From Phoronis australis (Eukaryota; Animalia; Phoronida): DNA of 64,000 nt. Of the stretch, positions 38,687 to 52,589 are shown piece after piece. The position numbers and the translations under genes were made by a program. The DNA is taken from NCBI GenBank assembly GCA_002633005.1, contig NMRA01000017.1:1506944-1570943 (forward strand). Direction: 5' to 3'. Every line of letters starts with the position of its first letter. Within the stretch, counting starts at the first letter, position 1. The notes beneath the pieces were generated by a model. The model worked only from the letters and a program-made list of their open reading frames with translations. It did no database searches and was not told where the DNA came from.

Positions 38687-39231
38687 CTACAACATAGGAT
38701 CTAACTAACAGTGGACAGGACAGAGCTCTCATAAATACAATTATAATATTCATGAGCTGGCAGAACACAGACAAGAGCAAACTACCAAGTACTGGCAGAT
38801 GCTGACGAGTGACCTGTAATAAATAGGTCGGGTTGGCCTTCTGCATATTCCACATTACGTTTAAGTAAATCACAAATCTATAGCTAGCCACAAAGGCTAG
38901 ATGTGCGATTGACAGAGCTAGGACTATTGTATAGTTATTAACAACCTAAAGGGGGCTCAGCACATTAGATTCCTCCAAAAATAAAGAGGTGTCATCTTCT
39001 ACTGAACAGAACATACCTGCCAAAATTCATATTCACGGAATAAGTGAGACGCGGTAACAGTAAATAACCACAGCAAAAGATGATGCAGAATGAAAAAGGC
39101 AAGTGTGAGTATGAGTCTGCAAAATAGGCATCCAGGGACTTAGGAGATGGAGAGTGGTGGATACAGACAGAGATGATGGGTGAATATGCAATGTGTATGT
39201 GTGGGCCCACACAAAATGAAATTAAGTATAC

Positions 39232-39357
39232 CTTTAATTTTTAGTTGCATTTTCTGTTTAGATTCCGCATTCGATAAAGTAGTAACTTCGTCTCCAATGT
39301 CGAGTGATATGACAGATTCTTTATTGATATCCAACTTCTTGATAATGTCACCTTTTC
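39232..39357 (-). CDS. Giant FN3-like protein exon
   Basis: ttgttgttag|GA...G|gtatac; (R)KGDIIKKLDINKESVISLDIGDEVTTLSNAESKQKMQLKIK; phase 1 to 1. Confidence 0.82.
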
Positions 39358-39670
39358 CTAACAACAAAACAAACATTAAATAGATACGAAAAGGCTAGAA
39401 TTTCACGTAAAAAATCACTCAAGAGAGATATGATGGATGTTGCTTCCCATAGCCCATTGCTGTCCATGTTGTGAACATATCTTTTAAACCAGATTCCATC
39501 ATCACAACCGGTTTTACTCATACTCTTAGTTAGTTTTGACTAAAGGTTTAGTCAAGACTAAAATGTGACTTCTATATAACTAATAATTAGTCATGACTTG
39601 ATAATGTGACAAGGATATTTTACAATATTTGATGGAGTGACTAAAATGTGACTAGATCATCTAGTAAGAA

Positions 39671-40040
39671 CATTATGACGTTTTCCTGGTGATCCCAACT
39701 TGTTCACTTGGAGGGTAAACGAACAAGTTGGGCGGTTGAGCAGCATAGCCAGTTTCTTACACAACTGATTAACTCCATTCTGGTATTCAATTGGTTGGAG
39801 CAATCAGCTCTCTTTCGTTTGATAGTAGCTCTGATCCGAAAAGATCGGATCCAGTCCGACTTGGCTGTGCTGTTATAACTGTTTGAACACAAACCAATAA
39901 CTATTCTGAATTTCTTGTAAAATGCAAATCGTGTTTAGTTTTTGAATCACCAAAACTGCGCAACTACAGCCAAGTTAAGACAATCTTTTCTAAAAACGCA
40001 TCCAATGGGTTTAACTGTGTTTATACACGGCCTGTTAATG
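39671..40040. mobile_element. Diverged left arm of the foldback family
   Basis: cattatgacgttttcctggtgatcccaacttgttc and gtttagtttttgaatcaccaaaa match 21478-21860. Confidence 0.7.
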
Positions 40041-41461
40041 AACAACCACAGTACTTTTCCTACCGTTTACGGTAACATCTCACCAAATTCGGACAAAAAT
40101 AATTGCCAAAAACGCCCTTTTTTAAGTTTTCAAAGGTTTCTAACTTAGATGTGAAAGCTCAAAGACTTTCAGAACTTTGCTTGATGGCAGTTGTGTTACA
40201 AAACCTCAAAGCATGGAAAATAATTTAATTTGGTGCCACATTTCTTTCTTGGAAAAATAACAAAACAAACTTTCACCGGTCGGCCATATTTTGTCCAAAA
40301 TTTGTGACATTTTACCATCAATGATACAGATACACATTTCGGGCTCAGACATCTGTGTTTGCGGAAACACGACGTGCTTACACCTGCAGACAACTGGCCC
40401 AAAAAGTATGTTTTTCAGCCGGCGTTTGTGGAATAACTCAAGTCCTGCAAATACCTTTTTTAAAACATGTCAATTCACAATATTTTTTTTAATATAGGCC
40501 TACTCCATACAGTTTTATAGAAGTGACTCTAGTCCACTACGAGATTAGGCCTACAACGTCCTGGTCGTCACTGACGTAAAGTTGCCTAGGTGACAACTTT
40601 TTGAATTACCTACTAGTCTAATTGTTTTCGTATCAGACACCATTTCCAGTGCTTTTTCGAGTTTAGTAGATCAATTTTTTGAGTGTTTGGCGAGAACAGG
40701 TAAAAACTTGAGACATTGTCATGTATTTTCAGATGGAGCACTTGATTTTGCTAGATTTTTCTCCTGGGTTGACCCACATAGCAATTGACCAATTAATCAA
40801 ACCGCTCTCGTAATTGCACGCGTAGAGCACGTTATTTTGATAGATTTATTTCCTCAGATTTGAATTGAGCAAATGTTCACACCCCCTCTGGTTCTAATTG
40901 CAAACGGTTTGTGTCAGCCTGGAATGAATCATCTGTTTTTCATCAAGCGCCAAATAAACTAAACAATGAATTGAAAGTTTATCGGGTTAAATACAGACAA
41001 CATTAACAACGACGAGACAGGACCGAAAGGGTTGCAACCAAACACAGTGGTACGAACAGCACTAACAATACAATGACAGAGGAAACGAAATAAAGTCCCA
41101 CCCACTGATCAGTACTTGCTGATAAGCGGACTGCCGTTCGAGTTCATAAATTTTTGTAGAATGATATTTTGCTGCGCTAATATATTTGAAAACATCCAAG
41201 TTTTCAGCAACATTCTCGCAAAATGACGGCTTCAAATTTGAAATCCAGTTTCTGTTTGAGCCATGAGAATCTTTGCGGTTTTCGGGCCCCACTGTTTGAC
41301 CAAACTTACAATATCCGTGCTCGAATGGACACCCAGCCAGCTTGCACAGTTCAGCTAAGACTTGGACGTAAGCGCCCACTATTTGGGTAATCGCCCTCCC
41401 CCCATCTCGGGGTTTCCCAATTAAGTGCCCAGGGCGTTCATTAACCTGCGAGATTACGGTA

Positions 41462-42170
41462 TATGTTAAATTTCATGAAAATCCATCATGGATTTCAGGA
41501 AGAAACAGGCAAACGTAAAAAAGCTTAAACTGTCACTGGAGGCACACCTGCAGCCGGATTGGTCTGAAACTCATCATTATTTGTAATCATACATTATGAA
41601 GAAACATACCTGCCAAATTTCACAAAAACCATTCAAAGAGTTGAGGAGATAGTGCCATGGATGCAAAAAACAACAACTTGCCACAAGGAATCATCACAGC
41701 ACTTGAACTCGTCCGAAAGTCAGTTTCATCAGCTGTCTTCTCATCAAGAACACATCTGCTGATTTTCATAATGATCCTAAATTGAGCAGTTTGGCAGATA
41801 GGAAGATGGAAAACAAAAACACACTCAAATTTCTTTAAACTGACAACCATGCGGCGCAGAATACATCAAATCCATCTGAAAACAGGAAGGCGTCATCATC
41901 TCTTAAATAGAAACTTATTTACTAGATTTCACGCAAATTCATTCAGGAACTCCAAAGATACAGGTGCGGACATTAAAAAATAAAATTCCCACAAGGGGAC
42001 AGAGGAGTAGTCGAATCAGTCCGAAATTTGTAGTCTGTTGACAGCTTCATAAAAACATATCTGTCAAATTTCATTAAGAACCTGCAAGGGGTTTGGGAGA
42101 AACAGTCGCGGACGCCAGACACCAAGACAGATAATTGATAGCACTATGCACACATATCAAGCGCATCAAA
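41462..42170 (+). mobile_element. HINE core repeats and 3' end
   Basis: Repeated aaatttcatgaaaatcc / ggtctgaaac cores; gacgccagac...gcgcatcaaaa terminus. Confidence 0.55.
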
Positions 42171-42182
42171 ATGTTCTCTTAC

Positions 42183-42343
42183 TTGCGACACAAATTTTGA
42201 CCGTCTTCACCTTGACCTTAATTTTAGCTTTGGAAAGAGCATATAAGGTCTGGTAGGTGCAACGCCCAGGCTCTGTTTGGTAAAAGGTCTTCATCTCGGC
42301 TGCAGTTCTGTCGGTTCTGTTATTCTTGGAGAGGTTCGACAAG
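42183..42343 (-). CDS. Giant FN3-like protein exon
   Basis: ttttatag|C...A|gtaaga; (S)LSNLSKNNRTDRTAAEMKTFYQTEPGRCTYQTLYALSKAKIKVKVKTVKICVA; phase 2 to 1. Confidence 0.88.
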
Positions 42344-42460
42344 CTATAAAAAGAACAGAAGCCAAGCTCTGTGAAATAAATTATTATGATATGAAAGAAC
42401 ATCACGACCACCACGTAGAGAACAATGTTATCAGATTTCCTACAAATTTCCTGCACTTAC

Positions 42461-42590
42461 CTTGTGTTCACATTTGCTCCTTTGTACTTCATTATACCAT
42501 CATCAATTTCAACCCCAGTAGATCCCTTCACACCAGCAAGAACCTGAGGTAAAACATCACTCTTCCCTTTCTCTGTGCCGATTTCCCATT
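42461..42590 (-). CDS. Giant FN3-like protein exon
   Basis: tatttaag|AA...AG|gtaagt; (E)WEIGTEKGKSDVLPQVLAGVKGSTGVEIDDGIMKYKGANVNT; phase 1 to 2. Confidence 0.88.
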
Positions 42591-43080
42591 CTTAAATACA
42601 ATAGAAAATGGTAGCATTGCTAACATTGGTATTAAACACATTTCAAGGCGCATGTAAACCATTCTCAATAGAAATGGAGTTTCAAGAAATCTAATGATGC
42701 CTAGATTGAGAATTACATACGAGGTTAATTCTGCACCAACTTTCAGCTTCTTGCTGGTAGTTAATGGTAAAATCAGGTAAATAAAAAAAAAAACAAAGAC
42801 GGACTTGCCAATAAAATTCTCTTGTAGACACGTGCAAGTGCGTTTTCATAATGGAGGCAAACAATGAAACATTAAATTTGAAATATGTCAGCATCAACTA
42901 CCCACAGCTAGCTCAATCTTCTCACATAGAGTATATAGTGAACGTCCAGCTTGGATTTATCTGAATGATTCACATTTAGGTGCATGAGCCATCAGATGTA
43001 TACACACAGCACCAAAAACAACCTAACACCTCCAGAACGAGGATATTTATTAAAAATTGCAATATCAGAACTGAGCATAC

Positions 43081-46000
43081 CATAGACTTCAGCATCCATT
43101 TCACTGGAATCCCATTCGAAGCCAATCTTAGATGTTGATTGGGATCTGAGAATATCAGGAGGCAACTCTGGATCAGTCTTTGCACCAGACACAGTGACGT
43201 GAGCATTGGTCACATTTGGTGGATTAAAGTCTGCCGTCAAGTTACAGGAGGACCTTGTCCACAGTCCAGCCAGATTAACAACTTCCACAGTAACCCAGTA
43301 AACTTGTCCGTGCTCTAATGATGTATTAAAGTATTGCTGTGTTAGTATCACTCGCTTTGCATGTCCAACATTCCTCCTGGAAACAATATCGTCTTTTCCA
43401 TCATTTGAACCAACTGCAATGAAAGTTGCAGCAACACGCGACTCATCCTCAACACATTCCCAAAATGCTCCGATGGTTTGTTTAGAGCCTAGGTAAATGG
43501 TTGGTTCTGTTTTCGAATGACCTGGGTCCAAACACATCACATTCTCACAGACGGGTGGAGTCATATCGATCTTGAGAGGATCCCCAACAACTGTTACCGA
43601 TTCAGAAGCATGATTGACCGCCTTGACAACCACATGATATACACCTGGCTCAAAATATTGACCTGTAGTGTTATCTGAGATAAACGATTTCATGGATCCA
43701 GCAGACAGCGTCAGATTGGTCAACATGAAATTATACAGTGTGAAACCAGTATTCTGACACTTGGGATCACATGTTAAATGGCAGCCACTACCACAAGTAG
43801 AGCAAGGGGTGAAAACAAGGGAAAATGGGGCAACATCTGTGATGCCATCCTCACGACTTGCTACACCAATCCAGATTTCCTTGAGTTTGCTCTCCATGTC
43901 ATGAAAAGCAGTGCCAAACATACAATCCCTGTTTGGCTCCAGTGCCAGATGTATGTTACTCACTTCGGCAGAGGATTTCTCATTGGGATTCAGAACAGAA
44001 TCATTTTGATTCCACACACGGAAACCAATTTTTGCATTTGAGAGTTTCTTAATATTATATAGGATTGCTTTTTCCTCATTGTCAACTAAGAGTTTTGCAT
44101 TCCAAGTTTCAACGCCTGTCAGTTCTTGTTGCTCTATGACCAAACAATATTCTGCCGTTGATGTGTATGGATTAAACTCAAGTGTGATCCACTCTTGCTT
44201 TACCTCATTATTGACATTTAATCCCCAGAAAAGAGCCAGGTAATCTCCTTTTACATCAAAACCCATAATGTGAAGGCCCACAGCTGGTCCAAGCACTCGA
44301 ACCTCATGATCAACTTGAGCTGTCTGGTTTGCTCGACTTTTCATAACTTTTTCTGTCAAGTTGTGTGAAGGCACAATAAATGTGGTGTTTGTTTGCGTTG
44401 TGTTACTGTTGCTGGTAGTATTGGAGGATGCGCCATCTGCATCTGTCAAATTCAAACTAATGAACTTTGAGTTGTCAGGTCTAGATAAAACAGACTTCAT
44501 ACGGAACGACTGGAAATTGGAGAAACTTTGCTCTTCTGAAATGTAAAAGCTTGTAACAATCTTGTCTCCTTTTCCCCCTTTAATATTTGCTCTGTATCGT
44601 CCTTCATAGATGTCAGTACTGAATTCAAAACCTGGAAGCGACATGGCAAGCCCGTTAAGGACTGGCTGAGCAACTAGGTTCAGACTATTGTTACGACCTT
44701 TTGCAACCTTCACGTTTTCTTTCTTATAGAAGCCAACATGGCCATTACTCTCATCGTCTTCATCTAGAACTGTCACGTTCTTAGATAATTCACTGCTGTG
44801 AGTCAACAACAATAGCTTCTCTGTATCACATTTGGTGGTGTTCAATTCATAATCTATGGCAATCACAACACTTATAGAAGAAAGAGATGACTGATAATAT
44901 AGTGACCTTGACCACCTTCTGCCATATTTAATTGAGCCACCAATAGGTGGTGAACCATCAACCATAATAGGGAAGCTCCACCCAGTACAATTGAGGCCAG
45001 CACCGTTTGTGGCCACAACTTTAACATAATAAGGTGTAAACACTTGTAAGGACAACTTTTCAAATGTGACTTCATTGTCTTTAGTTACACGAATAGGTGG
45101 GTATAATAAATGTAACTGGCCCTCATCAACTTCAGCACTAGTACGACACTGGAGCTGATGGTACACAAACACGTCATAGTAACTAACCTTACTTTCAGGA
45201 TCAGTAAAATTAAACCATTCAACATGTAGAGACTTCGCGGACTTCACATAAGATGTGTTCTGTGCTGTTGACACCCCCACGTGAATACGACCCATGATTG
45301 GCTTGGTCTGATCGACAATAATTGGCGCTGATGTTACATGTGCACAGTTGTCTGCAACATCTCTTGCTCTTACCATAACAAAGTAAACATGTCCATGAGA
45401 AAGAGAAAGATTTGAGAAAAGCATGACCGTGTCAAAATTCACTCGCTGCATTGGGGAAATGTCAAATGTACCCAAATCATGGCAAGATGAGTTGCTACTG
45501 GGAGCATATGAGGACAGTCCCACTTCATAGAACAGTATTGGCAATTCCGTTTCAAACTCTGACCACGTGGCTTTCAGTGAGGTATTACTTGACTGAGCAT
45601 TGATGACATCAATTGCACCCGGTTTTAAAGTGTCAATAAACCCGACCAGAATTCCATTAGATGTAACTACAACGGTACTTCCAGAAGCACTAGTAGCGCG
45701 CACACTCACAAAGTATCGCCTTGTTTTAGGTACAAGACTAAGACCAGTGAAAGTGTAGTTCTTGTTAAGTGCAACATCAACAAAAGGGTGAACATTAATT
45801 CGTGTGGAATACGAAGAAACGTCACTTCCCAGAGCGACTTCATATTTGACAATGACCTGGGTAGGATCACGACTTCCTGGCTTTCCAAAGTCAGACCACT
45901 TAGCATTTATAACGTCTGCTGACTGCTGATACTCCAAATCACCATATAGTCCATCTGACACAGTTCCTGGTAATGGTGGCTCAATGTTAACAGAAACACC

Positions 46001-46481
46001 ATTCGTTTTAGCAACAAATTTTCTTTGAAGAACATCTACAACTTCAACACGGACAAAGTAGGTCTTAGTGTTTTCCAAATCCAGTTGGTCATCAATCAGA
46101 ATATTGTCCTCACTGTCAACAGATTGCAACGGCTTGATTACAGCTCCATCATATCGAAGGACAGCCCACTTTATACTTTTCAGTGGACATCCATTGGTCA
46201 TTTGCCAGTTCGCAGTGATGGATGATAACGAAGTTTGAAAGTCGACCTCATTATCAGGAGTTCCGTCCCCGACATACAATCTAGGATTCGGACTGATGGC
46301 TACTGCACGACTTGTTGCTTTTGATGACAATCCAATCTTATTGAATGCCTGAACTGTTACAAACACTTGACTACCAGCAGGCAATGCTAGGCGATCAAGT
46401 CTCACTCGGTTGGCAATTGGCACGGTCTTTGGTGGAAGAATATCGTCCATACCTGGAGAACTACCCAGACTAACTTCAAAC
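43081..46481 (-). CDS. Giant FN3-like protein: 3,401-nt exon with multiple FN3-like repeats and an N-glycan/ST-rich insert
   Basis: Within the 1169-aa ORF; gtcgatag|G...G|gtatgc; repeated W..F.D.ES.I..Y.V.LG...G..D and Y.V.V.A.N.AG...S....VDxTPP motifs; phase 2 to 1. Confidence 0.95.
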
Positions 46482-47499
46482 CTATCGACAAAAAGATACA
46501 ATGTATCATATAGCTATGGCAAAAATTAGAATGTAATCAAACAAATTCAAATGGCTGTATTGGCTCACACTGTGCACAAGTATGATTTGCAATTTATAAG
46601 CATCAAGATTTCAAAGATGCAACAGGTTCCTGTATAGGAATAACTAATTTTAAAAAAACAGGTGCAGTGGTCAGACTGCATTGATAACACTTGCATTTTG
46701 TACTGTTTAGCTGGGTAAACTTGAAAAAAACAAATCAAATAAGGCTTTTTACTCTTAAAAATCCATACGAACATCAAAACCATCAGTGACTCAAGAATAT
46801 GATTTAAGCAGCAATTTTACACCGGTACGTAAATATGCAGCATAAGAAAATCTACACTATCAGCAAATCTACACCATACGCAAATCTTAACAGTCGGATG
46901 TACAGTAAAGTTTCTGGCAGAACAGTCAGTTTATTTAATTTTATTAAAATTTTAAACTAGAGTGAACAACAAGAAATAAATAATTTTACTTGATTACTTG
47001 AAAACTTCATATACTACAGCTGTCGACAAACAGAGGATGAAATTTTGAACATTTTTGGTACTACAGGAAAAGTTTGAAAAATCAAAAAATGATTTATGCC
47101 AATTATTTTTGTTTGAATTTAAGGAAACTTTACCGTAAAAGCAAATTTACATTGCATTCGTACGGGGTAAACAAAAAACGTTTGCACTAAGTACCGTATA
47201 AATTTCGCTGCAGAGTCCACACAAACAATAATTCTAAGTAAAAAAATATTCTTCTAAAGCAATTGTCTTGAAACTGGGTATCTCTGTGGCTCAGGTATCA
47301 ATTCCCAAGGATTGCTTTAGAGATAATGCCTGTGACTTGAGTTAGTGATCCCATCTTGGAATGGAATACTACGAGACCGGTTTTATGGAAGCAAAAGGCC
47401 CGATTTGATTTTAGAATTTTAACAAGCTGAAAAGGGTATAAAATGTACCCCTCTTAAGTAATCTGTTGAGTGAGAAAACGAAAATGAGAAATAACTAAC

Positions 47500-49444
47500 C
47501 TGTCCAAGCCTGAATGACTGTCAGTGAATCCCGAAATCTTCAAATCAATGTATTCTTGTGCAATCTGGCATGAACTTTCTTTGCTGTCATTCCCTTTGAT
47601 TACAGTGACTGTGCCAGTCGTTGGAGGTTTATTTGCAACTTTGATTTCCCTGGACAATGACATGATCATTTCCAGTTGATTCCTGACACTCAAAGTAACA
47701 TAAACTTTCTTGAGAGTGACATTACTGACATATGAGTGCAAGTTGAAAGCCTGCTTGTTCTGCAAAGTAGGGATGGATTTGAAACGGACTAAGTCATCCG
47801 TACCTGCTTCCTCACCAATGCCAATCATTACACTTGACAGAAGACTTTCACTTTCTTTTATCTCCCATTCACAGTCGATTTGCGCATTGTCTGGAACAAT
47901 GAACTTGGAGCACATAAACTTGACAATGCTAGGTGCTGTTGTATCGATGGTCAATGGAGGGGTTGATTGGACATCCATGTTTCCAGCCTGGTCAATGGTC
48001 TCCACAGTTAGAAATCCTGTTAAAGAATTCGACAGAGAAAGAGTGCCTACTNATCAATGTATTCTTGCGCAATCTGGCATGAACTTTCTTTGCTGTCATT
48101 CCCTTTAATTACAGTGACTGTGCCAGTCGTTGGTGGTTTATTTGCAACTTTGATTTCCCTGGACAATGACATGATCATTTCCAATTGATTCCTGACACTC
48201 AAAGTAACATAAACTTTCTTGAGAGTGACATTACTGACATATGAGTGCAAGTTGAAAGCCTGCTTGTTCTGCAAAGTAGGGATGGATTTGAAACGGACTA
48301 AGTCATCTGTACCTGCTTCCTCACCAATGCCAATCATTACACTTGACAGAAGACTTTCACTTTCTTTTATCTCCCATTCACAGTCGATTTGCGCATTGTC
48401 TGGAACAATGAACTTGGAGCACATAAACTTGACAATGCTAGGTGCTGTTGTATCGATGGTCAATGGAGGGGTTGATTGGACATCCATGTTTCCAGCCTGG
48501 TCAATGGTCTCCACAGTTAGAAATCCTGTTAAAGAATTTGACAGAGAAAGAGTGCCTACTGGTACTGCTGAGTCAACAGCAATAGTTTTGTTGCGGAGAT
48601 CCATACGACCTGGAAGTGATCCGTAATGCCACCATTGCTGAGCCACACCCGATTCTCCATCAATAACATTCCACGAATATGACAGAGATTCGAAGCTTTC
48701 TTGGTAAAATTGATCGCTACTTCCAGCCTTGTTATTGCCAACTGTCAGGAATTCAATGTGCGGTGCCTTGTTATCAACCAGAACACCATCAGAGGTAGAC
48801 ACAATGAATTTCTCATGGCATTTGTGACCAGTGACTGCCCTGACGGTTGCATAGTACATTTTGCCATTGTCTAGCTTAATATTAGACTGTGCGAACCCAT
48901 GTGTTTGATTTTTCATAACGATGCCATAAGATGAAAACGACTCAACATCAGAAAACCCTGGCTCAGAACCTAAAGCCCATTCATAAGTGATAATTCTACA
49001 TGCATCACTTTCAAATCCGTAAAAATTGATAGCAACAGAAGCAATGTCCGCCTGGAAGTTTACATCGTTGTTTGGAATGCGTCCATCAAAGACAACACCA
49101 GGAACATTGTCTTTCATGACATAAATGGCCTTTGATGATAACGGCTTTGACATCAGATTCGCACCGTTGACACTTTTTACAGTAACATAATACAATATGC
49201 CTGCTTCAGTAAATGGGCGCAGAGACAATCCAGTGATATGGCCATGAGTTGTCTTGCCATAGTTCAGGTAACCATTTGTTAACGAGACATCCCCAGGACT
49301 TGTACCGACACCAACCAGATAGGCCTCAACTCCACTGTGCTCATCCCGTCCTCTCCATGACGCCACAATGCTCCCCGTCTCCAAGTGGTCTACTTGACCA
49401 TTCTCATTTAGAAGCTCGTCATCAACTGACAGGCCAATGACTAC
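47500..49444 (-). CDS. Giant FN3-like protein exon (1,436 nt once the 508-bp duplicate and N are removed)
   Basis: ttttag|GTA...AG|gttagt; ORFs 48047-49384 and 47454-48005 overlap by identical peptide; the collapsed exon is phase 0 to 2, matching both neighbours. Confidence 0.9.
47544..48560. other. Probable assembly artefact: 508-bp direct duplication (47544-48051 and 48053-48560) joined by one N
   Basis: Near-identical copies, at least six substitutions that leave the peptide unchanged, N at 48052. Confidence 0.88.
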
Positions 49445-51609
49445 CTAAAATGAAGAAAGTATAATAAATCAAGCTTCATTACATTTTGCTTTTTTTTTAA
49501 AAAAAGAGAGAACTGGTTTTTACAGATCCATACTTCAACCCAATGTTTAAATTTGTCAAAAAAATGATTTTTTACAATTATTTTTGTTTTTGAAAGGATT
49601 TCCATTACTCAACACCTTTACATTACTTTAACCATAATATGTTCTCAATTAACAGTTCAAGCACTACTGCCTTCCGCATTACACAGTTAGTACGGGGGAC
49701 TAACATTCTTTCTCAACCAAAACAATTTTAGTCCCAATGCAAAACATGATTTAGAATGACCTAAATTTGGTACGGTACTAAAGTTAGTACAGCCGAAAAG
49801 ACCAGACTAGAGAGCTTACCAAGGTTGATCCGATTACGTCAGCCCAATGCAAAAGGTTTGGTCCAACTATTTTGCTCGAATGTCCTAACTTTTATTCTCA
49901 TTTCATGTAAGTGCGCAGTTCTTTACACCAAAGATTAGCCACGATACTGATATTGTCCGTTGAAAATCCAGATTTGTCATGATTTGCGTAGTGCTGAGTA
50001 TGGGGAGGTCAGGAGGGGGGGAACCACCATCCCACATAGGAAACTTCTGATTTTTTGTCCTTGAAAGGTATCATTTTCCTTGATTTCTGCAGCAGGAACT
50101 TGCATTCCCAACATATTTCCAATGCATGCACGGTGCACAAATGGATCGAGGGATCTTCACAAATACTGTTCACAGATCCGCCAGCATAAAAAAGGCCAAT
50201 CTTGAGCAGGGCTTTACAGTTGCCAGACACTGAACAGGTAACTTTCGGCACACAGACAAGTGAAAATGCAAGTTACTTGCCCTGCCATCAAATTGAATTG
50301 ATAGTTCTACTTGGAAATTTTACTTCCTTTGAGTGTAATTTTTCATTTACAGAGCAGTAGCAGTTCAGTTGAAGAGAGCAATGACAAAGGTGGAGATTCG
50401 TCACATGACATGTACGTCGAGTGTTCCGTAACTATTTCATGGCAAGAATTCATCCAAAATCACGTGAGCCCATCAAAGACACGTGGCGACATAGTCTTAC
50501 GAAATCTTGCTTTTTCAACAAGACTTCAGGGTTACTGCATGCTCCACATAAATTATCACCTGACTCTCAGCGGATTGGACAACCTGTCGGCACCATGAAA
50601 CAAAACACTCCACCCATGTAACAATTTGAAATTTTGTGTAAGATTGAAAAAGTGTGCCCATACAAACCATGGCAATTACCTGCTAAAAGCTCTAGTTAGT
50701 ACATATGAGATGCAAAACTATTGACAATTAAGTTTCTGGTCAAGTGTCAGAATGTACATGTTGTGTGCGAGCAAAGAGCGTAATACAGTAAACTCCTTGG
50801 TGCGAGTATCAAAAGAGTATACTCTCCCGAACATAAGGGACAAGATGTAACAATGTAAATAGCCCGTCGTGCCTGCAGTTGCACATTTGGTGTTTTCGCT
50901 AACAGTACATACACTAATGTACGAACTATTTTTCCCTTGAGACCTTCGAGTACCAAACTGACAAAACTGGCCATGCGAACTATTAAGAGATGAAAGACAA
51001 GTATTTGCATTATTACACATAATGATCACTGATAACAATTGAGTGTAACGGCAGCCTCCGAGACAATGGTTTTCAGTTGTTTGGCAATATGAATTACAAA
51101 GATGATACTCCACGTAAGTCACGTCATTGGTCAGTAACTAAAAACAAATTGAATTTTCTATTCCAAAATGAGGAAGAATAACCAACAGCACAACCCATTG
51201 GTACTTAGGATTTGCCTTAATGGTCGGACATTGGAAAACACAGATACAACAAATTGGAAGCCGGGTAGTATTTTATCACAATTGCTCCAAACTACTTTCG
51301 TCATTCATTGGATTTTCAACCTGAAATTATGCAATAGCATTTTAAAAAATATCCTTAACTTTTTAGATGATTTTCAACTGATTTTGAACATAACAAGTGC
51401 CCAAAATATGTAACATTCTAGAGCTTAGTATATGTCATGATTTTCCCTCTAAATGATTTGGCAGCCCTGCGACTTTAAAAAAGTCCATTTTCAACAACAA
51501 ATGACCGTAAATCAGGTGCAATAAAGTTAAAACTAGTGACAATAAAATCGCAATCTTGACACTAACTACAATCAAATCATATGTATTAAGATATCATGTG
51601 CTTACTTAC

Positions 51610-52292
51610 AAATTTCATAATTGGAGGTGATGTGTCTACGCGGATACCATCAGATTCGTGGGTGGTGGCCAACTGTGCTTGGTTCAGTGCTGTCACTTGC
51701 ACAGTGTATCGTGCTCCATTAATCAGACTCAAAGATGTCGACACATTCATCACATTTGTTTCAGTGGGCTTCAATATCTTCTCACTTTCATCTGATGGCC
51801 AGGCACGCCATTTGGTTCCGTGGTGGTAGGCAAAGATCGTCATCCTGTACTCTACAATTCCTGATTCTAAATCTTCAAAATTCCACTTTGCAAAAACTGT
51901 GTTATTACTTGTCTGATATCGTAATCCTGTCTCACTGTCCTTTAAATAGACAAGCTCCGGTGGGGTAAGGTCAACAGTATATCCATCTGACATCACCAAT
52001 CTCTTGCTTCCAGCACCATTCGTGGCACTGACCTCAATTTTAACATTATCACCATTATCAAGGGCGATAGAATGGTCCTCAAATGTTGTTAGCAAACCAT
52101 TTGCAAAAGTTTCTCTCAACTTTTCATTCACATAGACATTAATGTCAAAAACCTTGATTCCACTCTCTGAGTCAGAGAAGTTGCCATAGTATGCACTGAT
52201 TTCCGACTGTTTGTGAGTGAATGACATATCTTCTCCTTTCACGTCACCATCGTTGATCCAGCCTGTCGATGGGGGTGTCACATCAACAAGAA
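51610..52292 (-). CDS. Giant FN3-like protein exon (two FN3-like repeats)
   Basis: ttccccag|TT...TTT|gtaagt; (V)LVDVTPPSTGWINDG...VDTSPPIMKF; phase 1 to 0. Confidence 0.93.
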
Positions 52293-52589
52293 CTGGGGAA
52301 AACAATGAAGAGGTGTCAGCAAGATGCATAAAAGCTACTGTAAAACAAAGACTCTGTTTGCAGCATCAGTATTAAGTTTCCTTAAATTTTCATACTGGGC
52401 ACTTTATACACTCAAACACAGGAAGAAATTATAAATGAAACACCTTATACCTAATCAAGATTAAGTTGATTGGCCCTTACTGGATTGATCCACTAAAAAC
52501 CAGACTCCGAAAAAAAATTTACTGAAGGCTGTTCCAGTAAAGAATGTATAGGGTTTAGGCACTTTCATTTGATACCCAGAAAAGTGGGC

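Noticed and set aside
47454-48626. Genuine tandem domain duplication, or the + strand ORFs 47710-48108 and 48219-48626 as genes
   Set aside because: Copies abut an N and collapse to a phase-correct exon; the + ORFs are antisense shadows of the real exon
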